Source: Calditrichia bacterium (GTDB taxonomy: Bacteria; Calditrichota; Calditrichia; RBG-13-44-9; J075). From it: DNA of 64,000 nt. Under the pieces are notes generated by a model that had not been told where the DNA came from, made no database searches, and worked only from the letters and a program-made list of their open reading frames with translations. Location of the stretch: the NCBI GenBank assembly GCA_050633245.1, contig JBOEGD010000011.1:96001-160000 (forward strand). The letters run 5' to 3'. A program made the translations under genes and the position numbers. Shown piece by piece: positions 7,196 through 16,395 of this stretch. Positions within the stretch are counted from its first letter, which is position 1, and each line of letters starts with the position of its first letter.

Positions 7196-7519
7196 TTATT
7201 TCTTCTTGGTAGCCGTCTTGCGAGCTGTTTTCTTTGCAGCAAGCTTGATCTCAACAATGCTGTTCTCAGTGCCGAAGGAATTCGCAACATAAGTGGTGGA
7301 ATCGTCATTCATCCACTGGCCTTTGTCTACAAGATAACGGAACTGATATTCGCCTGCAGGAATCTCAACAGCCAGTTTCCAAACGCCAGCCTTGTTTTTC
7401 TTCATCGGATGGGCTTCACCATTCCATGCGTTGAAATCGCCTACTACATTAACGCTTGCTGCTTCCGGAAGTGCTACTTCAAAACTGGTCTTTTTGGTGC
7501 GAGTACTAACTTTTACCAT
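7196..7519 (-). CDS. Isoamylase early-set (CBM48/AMPK-beta-like) glycogen-binding protein with Lys-rich tail
   Basis: V.VVGDFNAW...M.K...GVW......GEYQFRYLVD..W..D....N.FG.ENS motif. Confidence 0.88.
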   Translation of the reverse strand: MVKVSTRTKKTSFEVALPEAASVNVVGDFNAWNGEAHPMKKNKAGVWKLAVEIPAGEYQFRYLVDKGQWMNDDSTTYVANSFGTENSIVEIKLAAKKTARKTATKKK

Positions 7520-7810
7520 GATTTTCTCCTTGATAGTGTTTTTGGTTTTTATGTGTCGAATATTTTTAGTTCGGATTCTTTATGAATCTGTTCTCAAAAA
7601 AATGTAAGTTTAAATTTTGTCAGGCAAATCCAAAAAGTCAAACTGAAAATAATTTTTATGCAAATTGTTTTGAGTGGACTAATTCTGTAAGTTTTTTGCC
7701 ATACCGCGTCGATACTTTTTCGAGTGAGTAAGCATGTTCAAAGAGCAAGATAGTATATTGTTAAATTTCGACGCGTGCAGGCCCAACTTTAGTCCTGATC
7801 AGGAGAAAAA

Positions 7811-8386
7811 ATGGTTCGCATAACGAAAGTTTATACCCGCACCGGCGATGGCGGAAATACGCATTTAGCTGGTGGACAGCCCATTGCCAAATCGTCCGAT
7901 CGTATTGAAGCGTATGGATGTGTTGATGAGCTGAATTCACAGCTTGGTCTGGTTGCCGAGGCGCTCCGTGAAGATAAAACTTTAAAAGAAATGCGACAGC
8001 AGGTGCTGCGCATTCAAAATATATTGTTCGACCTCGGTTCACAGCTTGCCGTGCTGCCGGAGGATCGTCGCGAGAATACTCCGGTCGTATCCGAAGCTGA
8101 TACGACGCAGCTTGAAGAGGAAATGGATGCAATGAATGAAGAGCTGCCAATGCTAACTTCGTTTATTTTACCGGGTGGTGGAGAGCTATCCGCGCGGCTT
8201 CACGTGGCGCGTACCGTCTGCCGACGCTGTGAGCGCGAAATTATTCGACTGGCTGAAAAAGAAACGCTGGATGGCACAGAAATCCCATACGTTAATCGTC
8301 TCAGTGACTGGCTATTCGTAGCTTCGCGGTATGCGGCACACAAGAGTGGAATCGAAGAAACGCTGTGGAGCCCGGGAACGAGGTAG
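7811..8386 (+). CDS. pduO: PduO-type ATP:cob(I)alamin adenosyltransferase
   Basis: KVYTRTGDGG.T, RIEAYG.VDELNS, FILPGG, ARTVCRR.ER and NRLSD.LF motifs. Confidence 0.93.
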   Translation: MVRITKVYTRTGDGGNTHLAGGQPIAKSSDRIEAYGCVDELNSQLGLVAEALREDKTLKEMRQQVLRIQNILFDLGSQLAVLPEDRRENTPVVSEADTTQLEEEMDAMNEELPMLTSFILPGGGELSARLHVARTVCRRCEREIIRLAEKETLDGTEIPYVNRLSDWLFVASRYAAHKSGIEETLWSPGTR

Positions 8387-8545
8387 AGAACAGGACACAG
8401 ACAGTGAGAAACAGGCAGAGACAGTAAGAAATTGCCTTATTGCCTTATTAGCCTTATTCACTTTTCACTTTTTTAACTGACACAGAACAAAGTAGTCAAT
8501 GAACAATTGCCAATGCTCAATGGACAATTTTTAATAGACAATTCA
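8387..8545. repeat. Mosaic of short tandem repeats (ATTGCCTT 8-mers, TTCACTT and CAATNNN 7-mers)
   Basis: ATTGCCTT ATTGCCTT ATTAGCCTT; TTCACTT x2; CAATGAA CAATTGC CAATGCT CAATGGA CAATT. Confidence 0.75.
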
Positions 8546-8560
8546 CACGGAGAATAACTT

Positions 8561-9637
8561 ATGTCCCGAATTTTTAACTTTAGTGCCGGACCGGCAACAT
8601 TACCCTATTCGGTAATTCAGCAGATTCAGGAAGAAATGCTCGATTATCACGGCGAAGGCATGTCACTTATTGAAATGAGCCACCGCTCAAAAACCTTTGA
8701 TGCCATTACTGTTGAAGCCGAAGCGCGAATCCGCCGCCTGATGGGTTTTTCGGATGACTATCAATGTCTTTTTCTGCAGGGCGGAGCCACCGGACAGTTT
8801 GCTGCGGTTGCTTTAAATCTTGGTCGCGCTGGAGGTACGGCGGATTATGTTGATACCGGAGCATGGTCGGCAAAAGCAATCAAAGAAGCAGCAAAACTGG
8901 ACGTTCCAGCTAGAACCATCGCCAGCTCTAAAGACGATACCTATAACCATATTCCGGAGTTTAGCTGGTCTGAAGACGCCTCGTATTTACACATTACATC
9001 AAACAACACGATTTATGGCACCCAATTTCACGATTTTCCCGATACCGGTAATGTGCCGCTGATCTGTGATATGTCCTCCGATTTTTACTGCAAGCGGTTC
9101 GATGCCAATAAGTTCGCGGTAGCTTATGCCGGAGCCCAGAAAAATGCCGGCCCTTCTGGTGTAACAATGGTCATTATTCGTAAAGATCTGCTCGAACGCT
9201 GTAAGGATGATATTCCAACAATCTTGAACTATAAGATTTATGCCGAAAAGAACTCACTGTATAACACGCCGAACACATTCGGTATTTACGGTGTGAATCT
9301 GGTTATGAAGTGGATCGAAGATCAGGGTGGCGTCGATGCGGTAGAGGAGCACAATCGCGTAAAAGCCGGTTTGCTTTACGATAAGCTGGATTCAAGTGAT
9401 TTCTTCAGTCCTCACGCACGAACAAAAGATCGTTCATTGATGAATGTTACCTGGAGGCTTCCCAATGAAGATCTGGAGAAAAAATTCATTGCCGAAGCAA
9501 CAGCGCAGGACTTAAGTGGTCTGAAAGGACATCGCTCTGTAGGCGGAATTCGAGCATCAATTTATAATGCTATGCCGAAAGAGGGCGTTGAAGCACTGGT
9601 AAGCTTTATGACCGAGTTTGAAAGAACAAATGGTTAG
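8561..9637 (+). CDS. serC: Phosphoserine aminotransferase
   Basis: NFSAGPA, EMSHRS, FLQGGA, AGAQKN.GPSG, NTP and GHRSVGG.RASIYNA motifs. Confidence 0.97.
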   Translation: MSRIFNFSAGPATLPYSVIQQIQEEMLDYHGEGMSLIEMSHRSKTFDAITVEAEARIRRLMGFSDDYQCLFLQGGATGQFAAVALNLGRAGGTADYVDTGAWSAKAIKEAAKLDVPARTIASSKDDTYNHIPEFSWSEDASYLHITSNNTIYGTQFHDFPDTGNVPLICDMSSDFYCKRFDANKFAVAYAGAQKNAGPSGVTMVIIRKDLLERCKDDIPTILNYKIYAEKNSLYNTPNTFGIYGVNLVMKWIEDQGGVDAVEEHNRVKAGLLYDKLDSSDFFSPHARTKDRSLMNVTWRLPNEDLEKKFIAEATAQDLSGLKGHRSVGGIRASIYNAMPKEGVEALVSFMTEFERTNG

Positions 9638-10668
9638 TCTTCAGGCATTGAATCTACAATCTCTTCCAGCCTGCCGTGCACTTCCAGTGCGGCAGGCTTT
9701 CCTTTCTCTTCAAAAATAATCTTGCCGCTTTTTCGTTCCGTAAAAGATACCTCACAAACTGATGTCAGGCTCTCGGAGACACGCTCCACCATATCACTTT
9801 CATAAGGCGCGTGAAGAATTCCGCCATCCGTGCGGTCTGCTTTTACCTCCAGCTTAAAACGTCGATCACGAATGGTAATAAACACATGCTCTTCGGTAAG
9901 ACGCAATTCTTCTACCTTCGCCCCGGTATATGTGGTGAACCGGTAGAGTTTGTCCTCCAGGAGCAGTCCAAAAATAAAGCCTCTGAAGGAAGAGAAAAGC
10001 CATGGGATTTTTGCAACTGATCCGCTAAGACAAACCCCGGGCGTATTAAAATGATTGCATTGAAGCCAAACATAACTACTTGGGAAGGCACGGCCCCAGT
10101 CTTTTTCGATATAGCCTTTGCCACCGTTAAAATCAATGGTCTCACCATTAATGTTCAAGCTGCCATCAAGAGTGTGATTTAGACTTACAACGCCATGATA
10201 GCACTGCATGAAAGGGGTAAAGGCATACCAACCCATTATACCGGGAGATAAGGCAGTTATCGGCCACTCGCGAAGAGGTCCAAAGTTAACTTTGCCTGAT
10301 ATGGATGAATTCTCATCAACCAGGTTTAAATCAATACCGTCTGAGTGGAAGCGGCTTTCTTCAATGTTTGCAAAAAAGCTGGCCTCGCTGGATTCGAAGG
10401 CGTCTATAGGATAGCGGAAATAGCTACTGGTGTGATTGCGCCCATCCAGAAACTGCACAAAGGCATGGGCTTTTTGCAGGTCGGTATCCTGGAGTACACC
10501 AGGAATAATAGAATAAACATGCTCTCTGTTTGCGCTAACGAGCTTGATGAACCAACCTTCAAAAAAATTACCGGATTTGCGATAGCCGTGAAACGCTTGC
10601 GGCCTCCAAGTGAGGCCGAATTTCTTCTTACTTTTAACCAGTGCAGCAGAGTAGGGCGAACTCTTCAT
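9634..10668 (-). CDS. Tocopherol cyclase-family protein
   Basis: FFEGW, GIMGWYAF.PFMQCYHG and GYIEKDWGR.FPS.Y.W.QCN.F motifs. Start moved to ATG 10668 to avoid overlap with the upstream gene. Confidence 0.8.
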   Translation of the reverse strand: MKSSPYSAALVKSKKKFGLTWRPQAFHGYRKSGNFFEGWFIKLVSANREHVYSIIPGVLQDTDLQKAHAFVQFLDGRNHTSSYFRYPIDAFESSEASFFANIEESRFHSDGIDLNLVDENSSISGKVNFGPLREWPITALSPGIMGWYAFTPFMQCYHGVVSLNHTLDGSLNINGETIDFNGGKGYIEKDWGRAFPSSYVWLQCNHFNTPGVCLSGSVAKIPWLFSSFRGFIFGLLLEDKLYRFTTYTGAKVEELRLTEEHVFITIRDRRFKLEVKADRTDGGILHAPYESDMVERVSESLTSVCEVSFTERKSGKIIFEEKGKPAALEVHGRLEEIVDSMPED

Positions 10669-10675
10669 TAACGTC

Positions 10676-11542
10676 CTAGAAGTTGAATACGAAGTCGATA
10701 TATGGCCATCCGGGGAAGACAAATGAGCCAGCAACGTTTATAAAAGCAAGGTCGATACTCATTTGTTCGCCAAAGAAGCGTATACCATACGAAATTAGTC
10801 CGTCTTCGGCTCCGGCAATAAACCAGTTCTCAGTAATTAAGGACATCCTGCGGCTAATGCGAATATCTCCACCGACCACAAAGACCAGATCGTCTGCAAG
10901 GTCATCGCCGGCAAAAGGAACACCAAGCCCTGCCGTAAAACTGCCGGTCTCATTTCCTATGGTTCCTACGCCGTAACCTAGTCCGACAAAACTATCCAAT
11001 CCACGTGCCTGTAATACGATTGCCCCGGCTGCAATGCTAACGTTTTCATTCAATTGAGTGCCTATCTTGGGTGTAAAGTAGAAAATGTTCTCGCTTAGAA
11101 AATCGTCTACGGGAAAGATAGAGAGTCCACCACCCAGTGAAACATTGTCAGTTACACCATAGGCGAAACCGTTAAAAAAGAGATAGATGTTCTGATAATA
11201 ACCGGTTCCTTTTTTCAGAGTTTTCCCCGTAGGTGCTAAAAACAATCGGGTTTGATTTGGATTTGGGAACCAATAGTATCCGTCGCGAATCTTGGTTGGG
11301 TCAATACTCTTAACGCTCATTGCCTTTGCATAGGGTACATTTACTTTTCCAATAGTTGTGTTGACCTCAAAGGCGTCGTCATTCACTGCGCTAATGCGTC
11401 CAATAACGGAGCTACCGTCAGATAGTTTAACAACGAACACCTTGCTCGTGTCGGCATTACTAACCGTTGCTCGCGTCACCTGATTTTGCGCGAAGGAAAA
11501 GGAAATAGAAGTCAGGAGTAGAAAAAGAATGCTTTTCATCAT
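10676..11542 (-). CDS. Hypothetical secreted/outer-membrane beta-barrel-like protein
   Basis: Signal peptide (MMKSILFLLLTSISFSFA-Q), NQTRLF.APTG..L..G.GYY motif, alternating beta pattern and terminal Phe. Confidence 0.65.
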   Translation of the reverse strand: MMKSILFLLLTSISFSFAQNQVTRATVSNADTSKVFVVKLSDGSSVIGRISAVNDDAFEVNTTIGKVNVPYAKAMSVKSIDPTKIRDGYYWFPNPNQTRLFLAPTGKTLKKGTGYYQNIYLFFNGFAYGVTDNVSLGGGLSIFPVDDFLSENIFYFTPKIGTQLNENVSIAAGAIVLQARGLDSFVGLGYGVGTIGNETGSFTAGLGVPFAGDDLADDLVFVVGGDIRISRRMSLITENWFIAGAEDGLISYGIRFFGEQMSIDLAFINVAGSFVFPGWPYIDFVFNF

Positions 11543-11640
11543 AGTGTGAAGCCTTCCAAATTTAGTTACCATCAATAATACGCGATCTTTTCCAGACATC
11601 AAGTGCAAAATACAAAGAATTCGGCATTTTTATTCTGAAG

Positions 11641-12228
11641 CTAGCCCTGTAGCTGCGTGCTGTACTCTCCATGCGCATACTGGCGTAGCAATTGAAATGC
11701 GTACGTCAAGCGGTTGCGGACTTGCTTTTGCCGCAGACCGAGATCGTCTGCAATCTCCTCAATTCCCATCTCCTCAAAAAACCGCAATTCGATAACCTGA
11801 CGGTACTTTTCATCCAGCACGTTCAATAGCTCCTGGAGAAGATTACTCTGTTGTTCTTCCTCAACGTGCAGTGGCGTGTTTTGCGAAGCATGGTCAGCTA
11901 TTGGACTCATCCAGCCAAAGCGCGAATGCTGCTTGTAATAAAGGGAAATCTTGTTGCGCGTGATACCCCAGAGAAAGGCGCCAAACGGCGCGCGTTCAGG
12001 ATTGTAGCGCCCGGCACGCAATGCAAGGATAAGTGCGGTGATTACCTCATGCACCACGTCTCGCTTATCTGAATCGGCAACGTTGTTCATGCGACCAAAA
12101 ACCATGCTCTGGACGCGGGTATACACCTGATAGTGTTCAATTATCTCGCCCTCTGCCTGAAAGTTGCCATCGGCAATCTCGTTAAATAGATGGTTCATAT
12201 TTTTCTCTGCTGGTGTTGCTTTAGACAT
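11641..12228 (-). CDS. ECF-type (group 4) RNA polymerase sigma factor
   Basis: Region-2-like DVVHEV...F.AFLWGITRN and region-4 HTH L..KYRQVIELRFFEEM..EEIA..LG....VRNRL. Confidence 0.85.
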   Translation of the reverse strand: MSKATPAEKNMNHLFNEIADGNFQAEGEIIEHYQVYTRVQSMVFGRMNNVADSDKRDVVHEVITALILALRAGRYNPERAPFGAFLWGITRNKISLYYKQHSRFGWMSPIADHASQNTPLHVEEEQQSNLLQELLNVLDEKYRQVIELRFFEEMGIEEIADDLGLRQKQVRNRLTYAFQLLRQYAHGEYSTQLQG

Positions 12229-12262
12229 GTCCTGCCCCCATAGTGTGTTGTGGATTTGCAGG

Positions 12263-12401
12263 TGTATACTTCAATATACATGCCAAAAAGTGGTAGTGTT
12301 TGCTAAGCTACTGTTTTTGATTTGCTTATGAAAGCTTCTCTTTGATGGATTAGTTAATCTTTGGGTATAGGAGGTTATACGTGTGTCTATTTTTGTATAC
12401 A
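12263..12401 (-). promoter_or_regulatory. sigma54 promoter (-24/-12) with three GTATA-N6-TATAC boxes
   Basis: TGGCAT-N5-TTGA at 12285-12271. Boxes lie at 12264-12279, 12365-12380 and 12385-12400 (one mismatch in the last). Confidence 0.6.
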
Positions 12402-12489
12402 TCTATTTAGTCTTGAGTAGCACGATCTGCGATTTCGGTCATTGTGGTTTGATCTGTAGGAATGTAGATTAAGTGAACGGTGACCATTT

Positions 12490-12558
12490 ATTGCCTAATT
12501 ACCTTATTGCCTATTTGCTCAATGGCACTTTTCATTTTTCATTTTTCACTTTTCACTT
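12490..12558. repeat. Mosaic short tandem repeats (same motifs as 8431-8530)
   Basis: ATTGCCTA ATTACCTT ATTGCCTA, then TGCTCAATGG, then CAYTTTT x4-5. Confidence 0.75.
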
Positions 12559-12567
12559 ATTAGAACT

Positions 12568-12966
12568 ATGAACGCATCCGATAAACAACTTCGCAGTTTC
12601 AGATGGTTAGATCTTCTACTGTATGGCTTACTGCTTGCAGGTAGCTTCGCGATGTACTCTTTTACGCTACAAGAGGGTGGGGGAGAGCCGGTTGTTGTTA
12701 TAGAACGGAATGGTGAAGTGATCAGGCGATTACCATTGGGTGATAATATGCAAATTCAATTGACCGAATTCTCATCAACGATTCATGTAGACCTGCGAAA
12801 TCAGCAGGTGCAGATAAAATCTGTTGATTGTGCCAGGCAGGTTTGCCGACGTGTTGGCGCCATATCTCTCCCCGGCGAATCAATCGCCTGTGTTCCAAAT
12901 AAACTACTTATATATATTGAGGGCTCAGGCAGTGAATCCGTCCCACCACGACTTATCATTGGATGA
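12568..12966 (+). CDS. NusG domain II-containing membrane-anchored protein (Lin0431-like)
   Basis: N-terminal TM and DC..QVC...G.IS.PGESIACVPN motif. Confidence 0.85.
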   Translation: MNASDKQLRSFRWLDLLLYGLLLAGSFAMYSFTLQEGGGEPVVVIERNGEVIRRLPLGDNMQIQLTEFSSTIHVDLRNQQVQIKSVDCARQVCRRVGAISLPGESIACVPNKLLIYIEGSGSESVPPRLIIG

Positions 12967-13465
12967 AAACACAGATGCCAGGCTTGCCGGACTTATCGTT
13001 CTCGGATTACTATTGTTTCTCTTCGAGTCGTTTATTCCGCGGCCGTTGCCATGGCTGAAGTTTGGGCTCTCCAATATTGCCACGTTAATCGCGCTGTACT
13101 GGCTGGGTTGGCGAGAAGCCATCGTGGTAAGTTTATTTCGAATTTTGGTCGGGGCCTTTTTTACCGGGAATCTTTTAACGCCGGGATTCTTCTTGTCAGC
13201 CAGTGGTGGCTTTGCTGCCGTAATAACCATGATCGTCTTGAAACGATCAATGCTGTTCAGTATTGTCGCGGTGAGTATCTGTGGTGCGGTTATGCACAAT
13301 CTTGCTCAGCTGACCCTGGCCGCCGAGTGGTTATTTGCAAATCCGGTTCTGTGGCATTTGCTGCCATATTTGGTCGCGACCGGAGTTTTGACGGGGGCTG
13401 TTATTGGTTGGTTTAGCAGGAAGTTACTAATGCGTATCCAGCATATAACTATGTTCAGCCCATAA
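12959..13465 (+). CDS. Gx transporter / heptaprenyl diphosphate synthase component I family membrane protein
   Basis: ESFIP.PLPW.K.GLSN and S..GAV.HN.AQL motifs. Probable TTG start at 12959 overlaps the upstream stop. Confidence 0.82.
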   Translation: MDENTDARLAGLIVLGLLLFLFESFIPRPLPWLKFGLSNIATLIALYWLGWREAIVVSLFRILVGAFFTGNLLTPGFFLSASGGFAAVITMIVLKRSMLFSIVAVSICGAVMHNLAQLTLAAEWLFANPVLWHLLPYLVATGVLTGAVIGWFSRKLLMRIQHITMFSP

Positions 13466-13491
13466 CTTCCGCCATGGGCTGAACGAAAAAA

Positions 13492-14460
13492 TTAGCTTTT
13501 AGTTCTTTTGACTTCCTCAATCATCGCCGGCAATACTTCAAACACGTCACCAACGATGCCATAGTCAGCAACCTTGAAGAACGGTGCTTCCGGGTCTTTG
13601 TTTATGGCAACGATATACTTGGAAGAAGACATTCCGGCGATATGCTGAATGGCGCCGGAAATTCCGCAGGCAATGTATAGGTCAGGTGAAACCGTAATAC
13701 CGGTCTGACCAACATGCTCGCCGTGTGGACGCCAGCCTTCATCCGATACCGGGCGTGAACAGGCCGTCCCGGCACCTAAAGCGTCGGCAAGATCTTCGAT
13801 CATGCCCCAGTTTTCCGGACCTTTCAAGCCACGGCCGCCGCTAACGAGAATATCTGCTTCGCTAATGCTGATTTTACCGCCGCTGGCGAACTCGGTGTCT
13901 GCCATTGCAACCTTGGCTTCCGGTAGAGCTACAGAATGGGTCTCTACTGAGCAACTTGTTGCGCTCTCTTCCGCTTTAACGCTTTTTGAGCGCAGCGTAG
14001 CAAGTGCCGTTGCCGACGTTATGCGAACCGTTGCAAACAGCTTACCGGCGTACATCGGACGGGTAAATGCCAGTCCTTTATCATCATGTTCTACCGCGGT
14101 ACAATCTTGTGCCAGTGCACAATCCAGAATTGCGGCAACGCGTGCCATTATGTCTTTTCCGTTTACGGTGGCAGACATTAGAATGGCGGTGGCGCCCTTG
14201 GCTTTTGCTACATCGGCTACTGCCGCAGCGTAGCTGGCAGGACTTCCCGAGTTTAGCGCTTCCCCTTCAACAGCTACTGCATTGCTAATTCCATAGGCTC
14301 CTGCTTTTTCGGCCAGACCGGCTGCTCCCGGCCCAACAACTAAAGCGATAGCGGTAGCGCCACTTTTTTCGGCGAGCTGTCTGGCGGCAGTAAATGCCTC
14401 GAAGCTGCCATTGCGTAACTGACCGTTACGAATTTCTCCTACTGCAAGAATGGTGGACAT
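13492..14460 (-). CDS. etfA: Electron transfer flavoprotein alpha subunit
   Basis: VSGGRG, VGQTG..V.PDLYIACGISGAIQH and AINKD.EAP.F..ADYG motifs. Confidence 0.96.
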   Translation of the reverse strand: MSTILAVGEIRNGQLRNGSFEAFTAARQLAEKSGATAIALVVGPGAAGLAEKAGAYGISNAVAVEGEALNSGSPASYAAAVADVAKAKGATAILMSATVNGKDIMARVAAILDCALAQDCTAVEHDDKGLAFTRPMYAGKLFATVRITSATALATLRSKSVKAEESATSCSVETHSVALPEAKVAMADTEFASGGKISISEADILVSGGRGLKGPENWGMIEDLADALGAGTACSRPVSDEGWRPHGEHVGQTGITVSPDLYIACGISGAIQHIAGMSSSKYIVAINKDPEAPFFKVADYGIVGDVFEVLPAMIEEVKRTKS

Positions 14461-14493
14461 GTATTTATCTCCTTAACGTATTCTCTCTTTAAT

Positions 14494-15243
14494 TTAGATA
14501 ACCTTCGCTTCTTCGCGCAGCAGGCGTATCAGTTCAGGAACGGCTTCAGCACCGGTTCCCAGAATTCGACCATCGCCTTTTGCCGGCGGTTGCTCCAGTT
14601 TTTCTACAACCAGTTGCTCGGCGGCGAGATTGGCTTCCTGAACGTCAATCGGCTTCTTCTTAGCCTGCATAATGCCTTTTAATGAGCGATAGCGCGGCTC
14701 GTTGAGGTGCCGATGTGCGCCAATAACTGCCGGTAAGGACAGCGTAAAATTCTCATATCCACCTTCTACTTCGCGCTTGGCCTTCGCTGTCGATCCGTCA
14801 ATCTCCAGGTCTACAATAGAGCTAATGCAGGGCAGGTCGAGCAGTTGTGAAAGCAGAGATGCCATTTGAGCATGGTCGTCGTCAATCGCCTGCTTGCCGC
14901 AGAAAATAAGGTCATAACTTCCGGCCTTCAGCGTCTCGGCCAGTGCTTTTGCGGTAACAAGCGGGTCGGCAGGAATGCTTTCTGCATTCAAGCGGATTGC
15001 TCTATGGGCGCCCATTGCGAGGCCTTCCCGGATTGTTTTGTCCAGGCTTGCCGGTCCAAGCGAAACTAAGGTGACTTCACCGCCGTGCTTTTCAGTAAGT
15101 TGTAGTGCCTCTTCAATAGCAAATTCATCGTATGGATTGATAATCCAGTTTACACCTTCATGACTGATTGCCGTGCCGCTGTCGTTAACTTGCACGCGCG
15201 TTGTCGTATCGGGTGTTTGTTTGATACAAACAGCGATATTCAT
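14494..15243 (-). CDS. etfB: Electron transfer flavoprotein beta subunit
   Basis: VCIKQ.PD, NPYDEFAIEEAL, GKQAID.D and NEPRY motifs. Confidence 0.96.
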   Translation of the reverse strand: MNIAVCIKQTPDTTTRVQVNDSGTAISHEGVNWIINPYDEFAIEEALQLTEKHGGEVTLVSLGPASLDKTIREGLAMGAHRAIRLNAESIPADPLVTAKALAETLKAGSYDLIFCGKQAIDDDHAQMASLLSQLLDLPCISSIVDLEIDGSTAKAKREVEGGYENFTLSLPAVIGAHRHLNEPRYRSLKGIMQAKKKPIDVQEANLAAEQLVVEKLEQPPAKGDGRILGTGAEAVPELIRLLREEAKVI

Positions 15244-15503
15244 TTACTTTTCTCCTGTATGGTAATCGTAATATTATGTATTTTTATGGACTTACGTTTA
15301 CTGATTAGTTAAGTCAATCGGACTTAATGAATCAAAATAGAAATTATCGGAAAGATTGCAATAGATTTTGAATTTTATTTATTTGCGGCTGGTTGGAAAA
15401 CAGGGGACGTTTGACCACTAATTTTAAAAATAATGCTTGATTTAAGTTGTGTAGATCATATATATTTGGCGCTGTTCAAAAATCTAAATAGGAGAAGTAT
15501 TAC

Positions 15504-15938
15504 ATGAGAACGATGTATTCTAAAGCAGATGACGTAATTGCAGACCGAAAATGGTTTGTTATTGATGCCTCTGATGTTGTTCTCGGACGTCTTTCTACCG
15601 TAGTTGCAAAAGTTTTGCAGGGTAAGCATAAGCCCGACTACGCACCGCATCAGGATGTGGGCGATTTTGTCGTGGTTCTCAATGCCAGCAAAATTCGCGT
15701 AACCGGTAATAAAGCGGATCAGATCAGCTATTTCAGCCACTCCGGCTATCCGGGTGGGGGAAAGCAGGTTCCGTTCCGTCGCATGCTCGATCGTCGTCCG
15801 GAATATGTCATTGAGCACTCTGTACGCTTGATGCTGCCGAAAAACGCTCTTGGCCGTAAGATGTTCAAGAAACTCAAAGTATATGCTGGTGAGAAGCATC
15901 CGCATGAAGCACAACAACCGCAATCATTAACCCTGTAA
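15504..15938 (+). CDS. rplM: 50S ribosomal protein L13
   Basis: W.VIDA...LGRL...GKHKP...PH.D.GD and HPHEAQQP motifs. Confidence 0.98.
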   Translation: MRTMYSKADDVIADRKWFVIDASDVVLGRLSTVVAKVLQGKHKPDYAPHQDVGDFVVVLNASKIRVTGNKADQISYFSHSGYPGGGKQVPFRRMLDRRPEYVIEHSVRLMLPKNALGRKMFKKLKVYAGEKHPHEAQQPQSLTL

Positions 15939-15957
15939 AGAGTAAGGATACGTTATT

Positions 15958-16344
15958 ATGGATGTATACTCTGCATTGGGTCGACGTAAGCGCTCTGTTG
16001 CCCGCGTTCGTCTGGTTCCAGGAAGTGGTAAAATCACGGTAAACAAAACAGAAGTTCTGGACTATTTTAAGCGTGAAACGCTTAAGATGATCATTGAGCA
16101 GCCGTTTGGTGTTACTGAAACACTTGGAAAATTCGACGTTATTGCAACAATTGACGGTGGTGGCCTTTCTGGTCAGGCCGGAGCACTGCGTTTGGGCATT
16201 TCCCGTGCACTTCTACAGTGGAATGCAGAATCCCGCGATCAGCTTAAGTCTGCCGGTTTTCTGACACGTGATCCACGTAAGGTAGAGCGCAAGAAGTACG
16301 GACAGCCCAAAGCCCGTAAGAATTTCCAGTTCTCGAAGCGTTAA
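15958..16344 (+). CDS. rpsI: 30S ribosomal protein S9
   Basis: GRRK.SVARV, GGG.SGQAGA and LTRDPR.VERKKYG..KARK..QFSKR motifs. Confidence 0.98.
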   Translation: MDVYSALGRRKRSVARVRLVPGSGKITVNKTEVLDYFKRETLKMIIEQPFGVTETLGKFDVIATIDGGGLSGQAGALRLGISRALLQWNAESRDQLKSAGFLTRDPRKVERKKYGQPKARKNFQFSKR

Positions 16345-16395
16345 TAGAACTGACTTATTAATGAATAGTCCCGTAAATCCGGGACTGCAAAAATC

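Noticed and set aside
7687-7701. TGGCAA-N5-TTAC as a sigma54 promoter for the CBM48 gene
   Set aside because: The -12 element lacks the conserved G, and it is far (about 170 nt) from the start codon.
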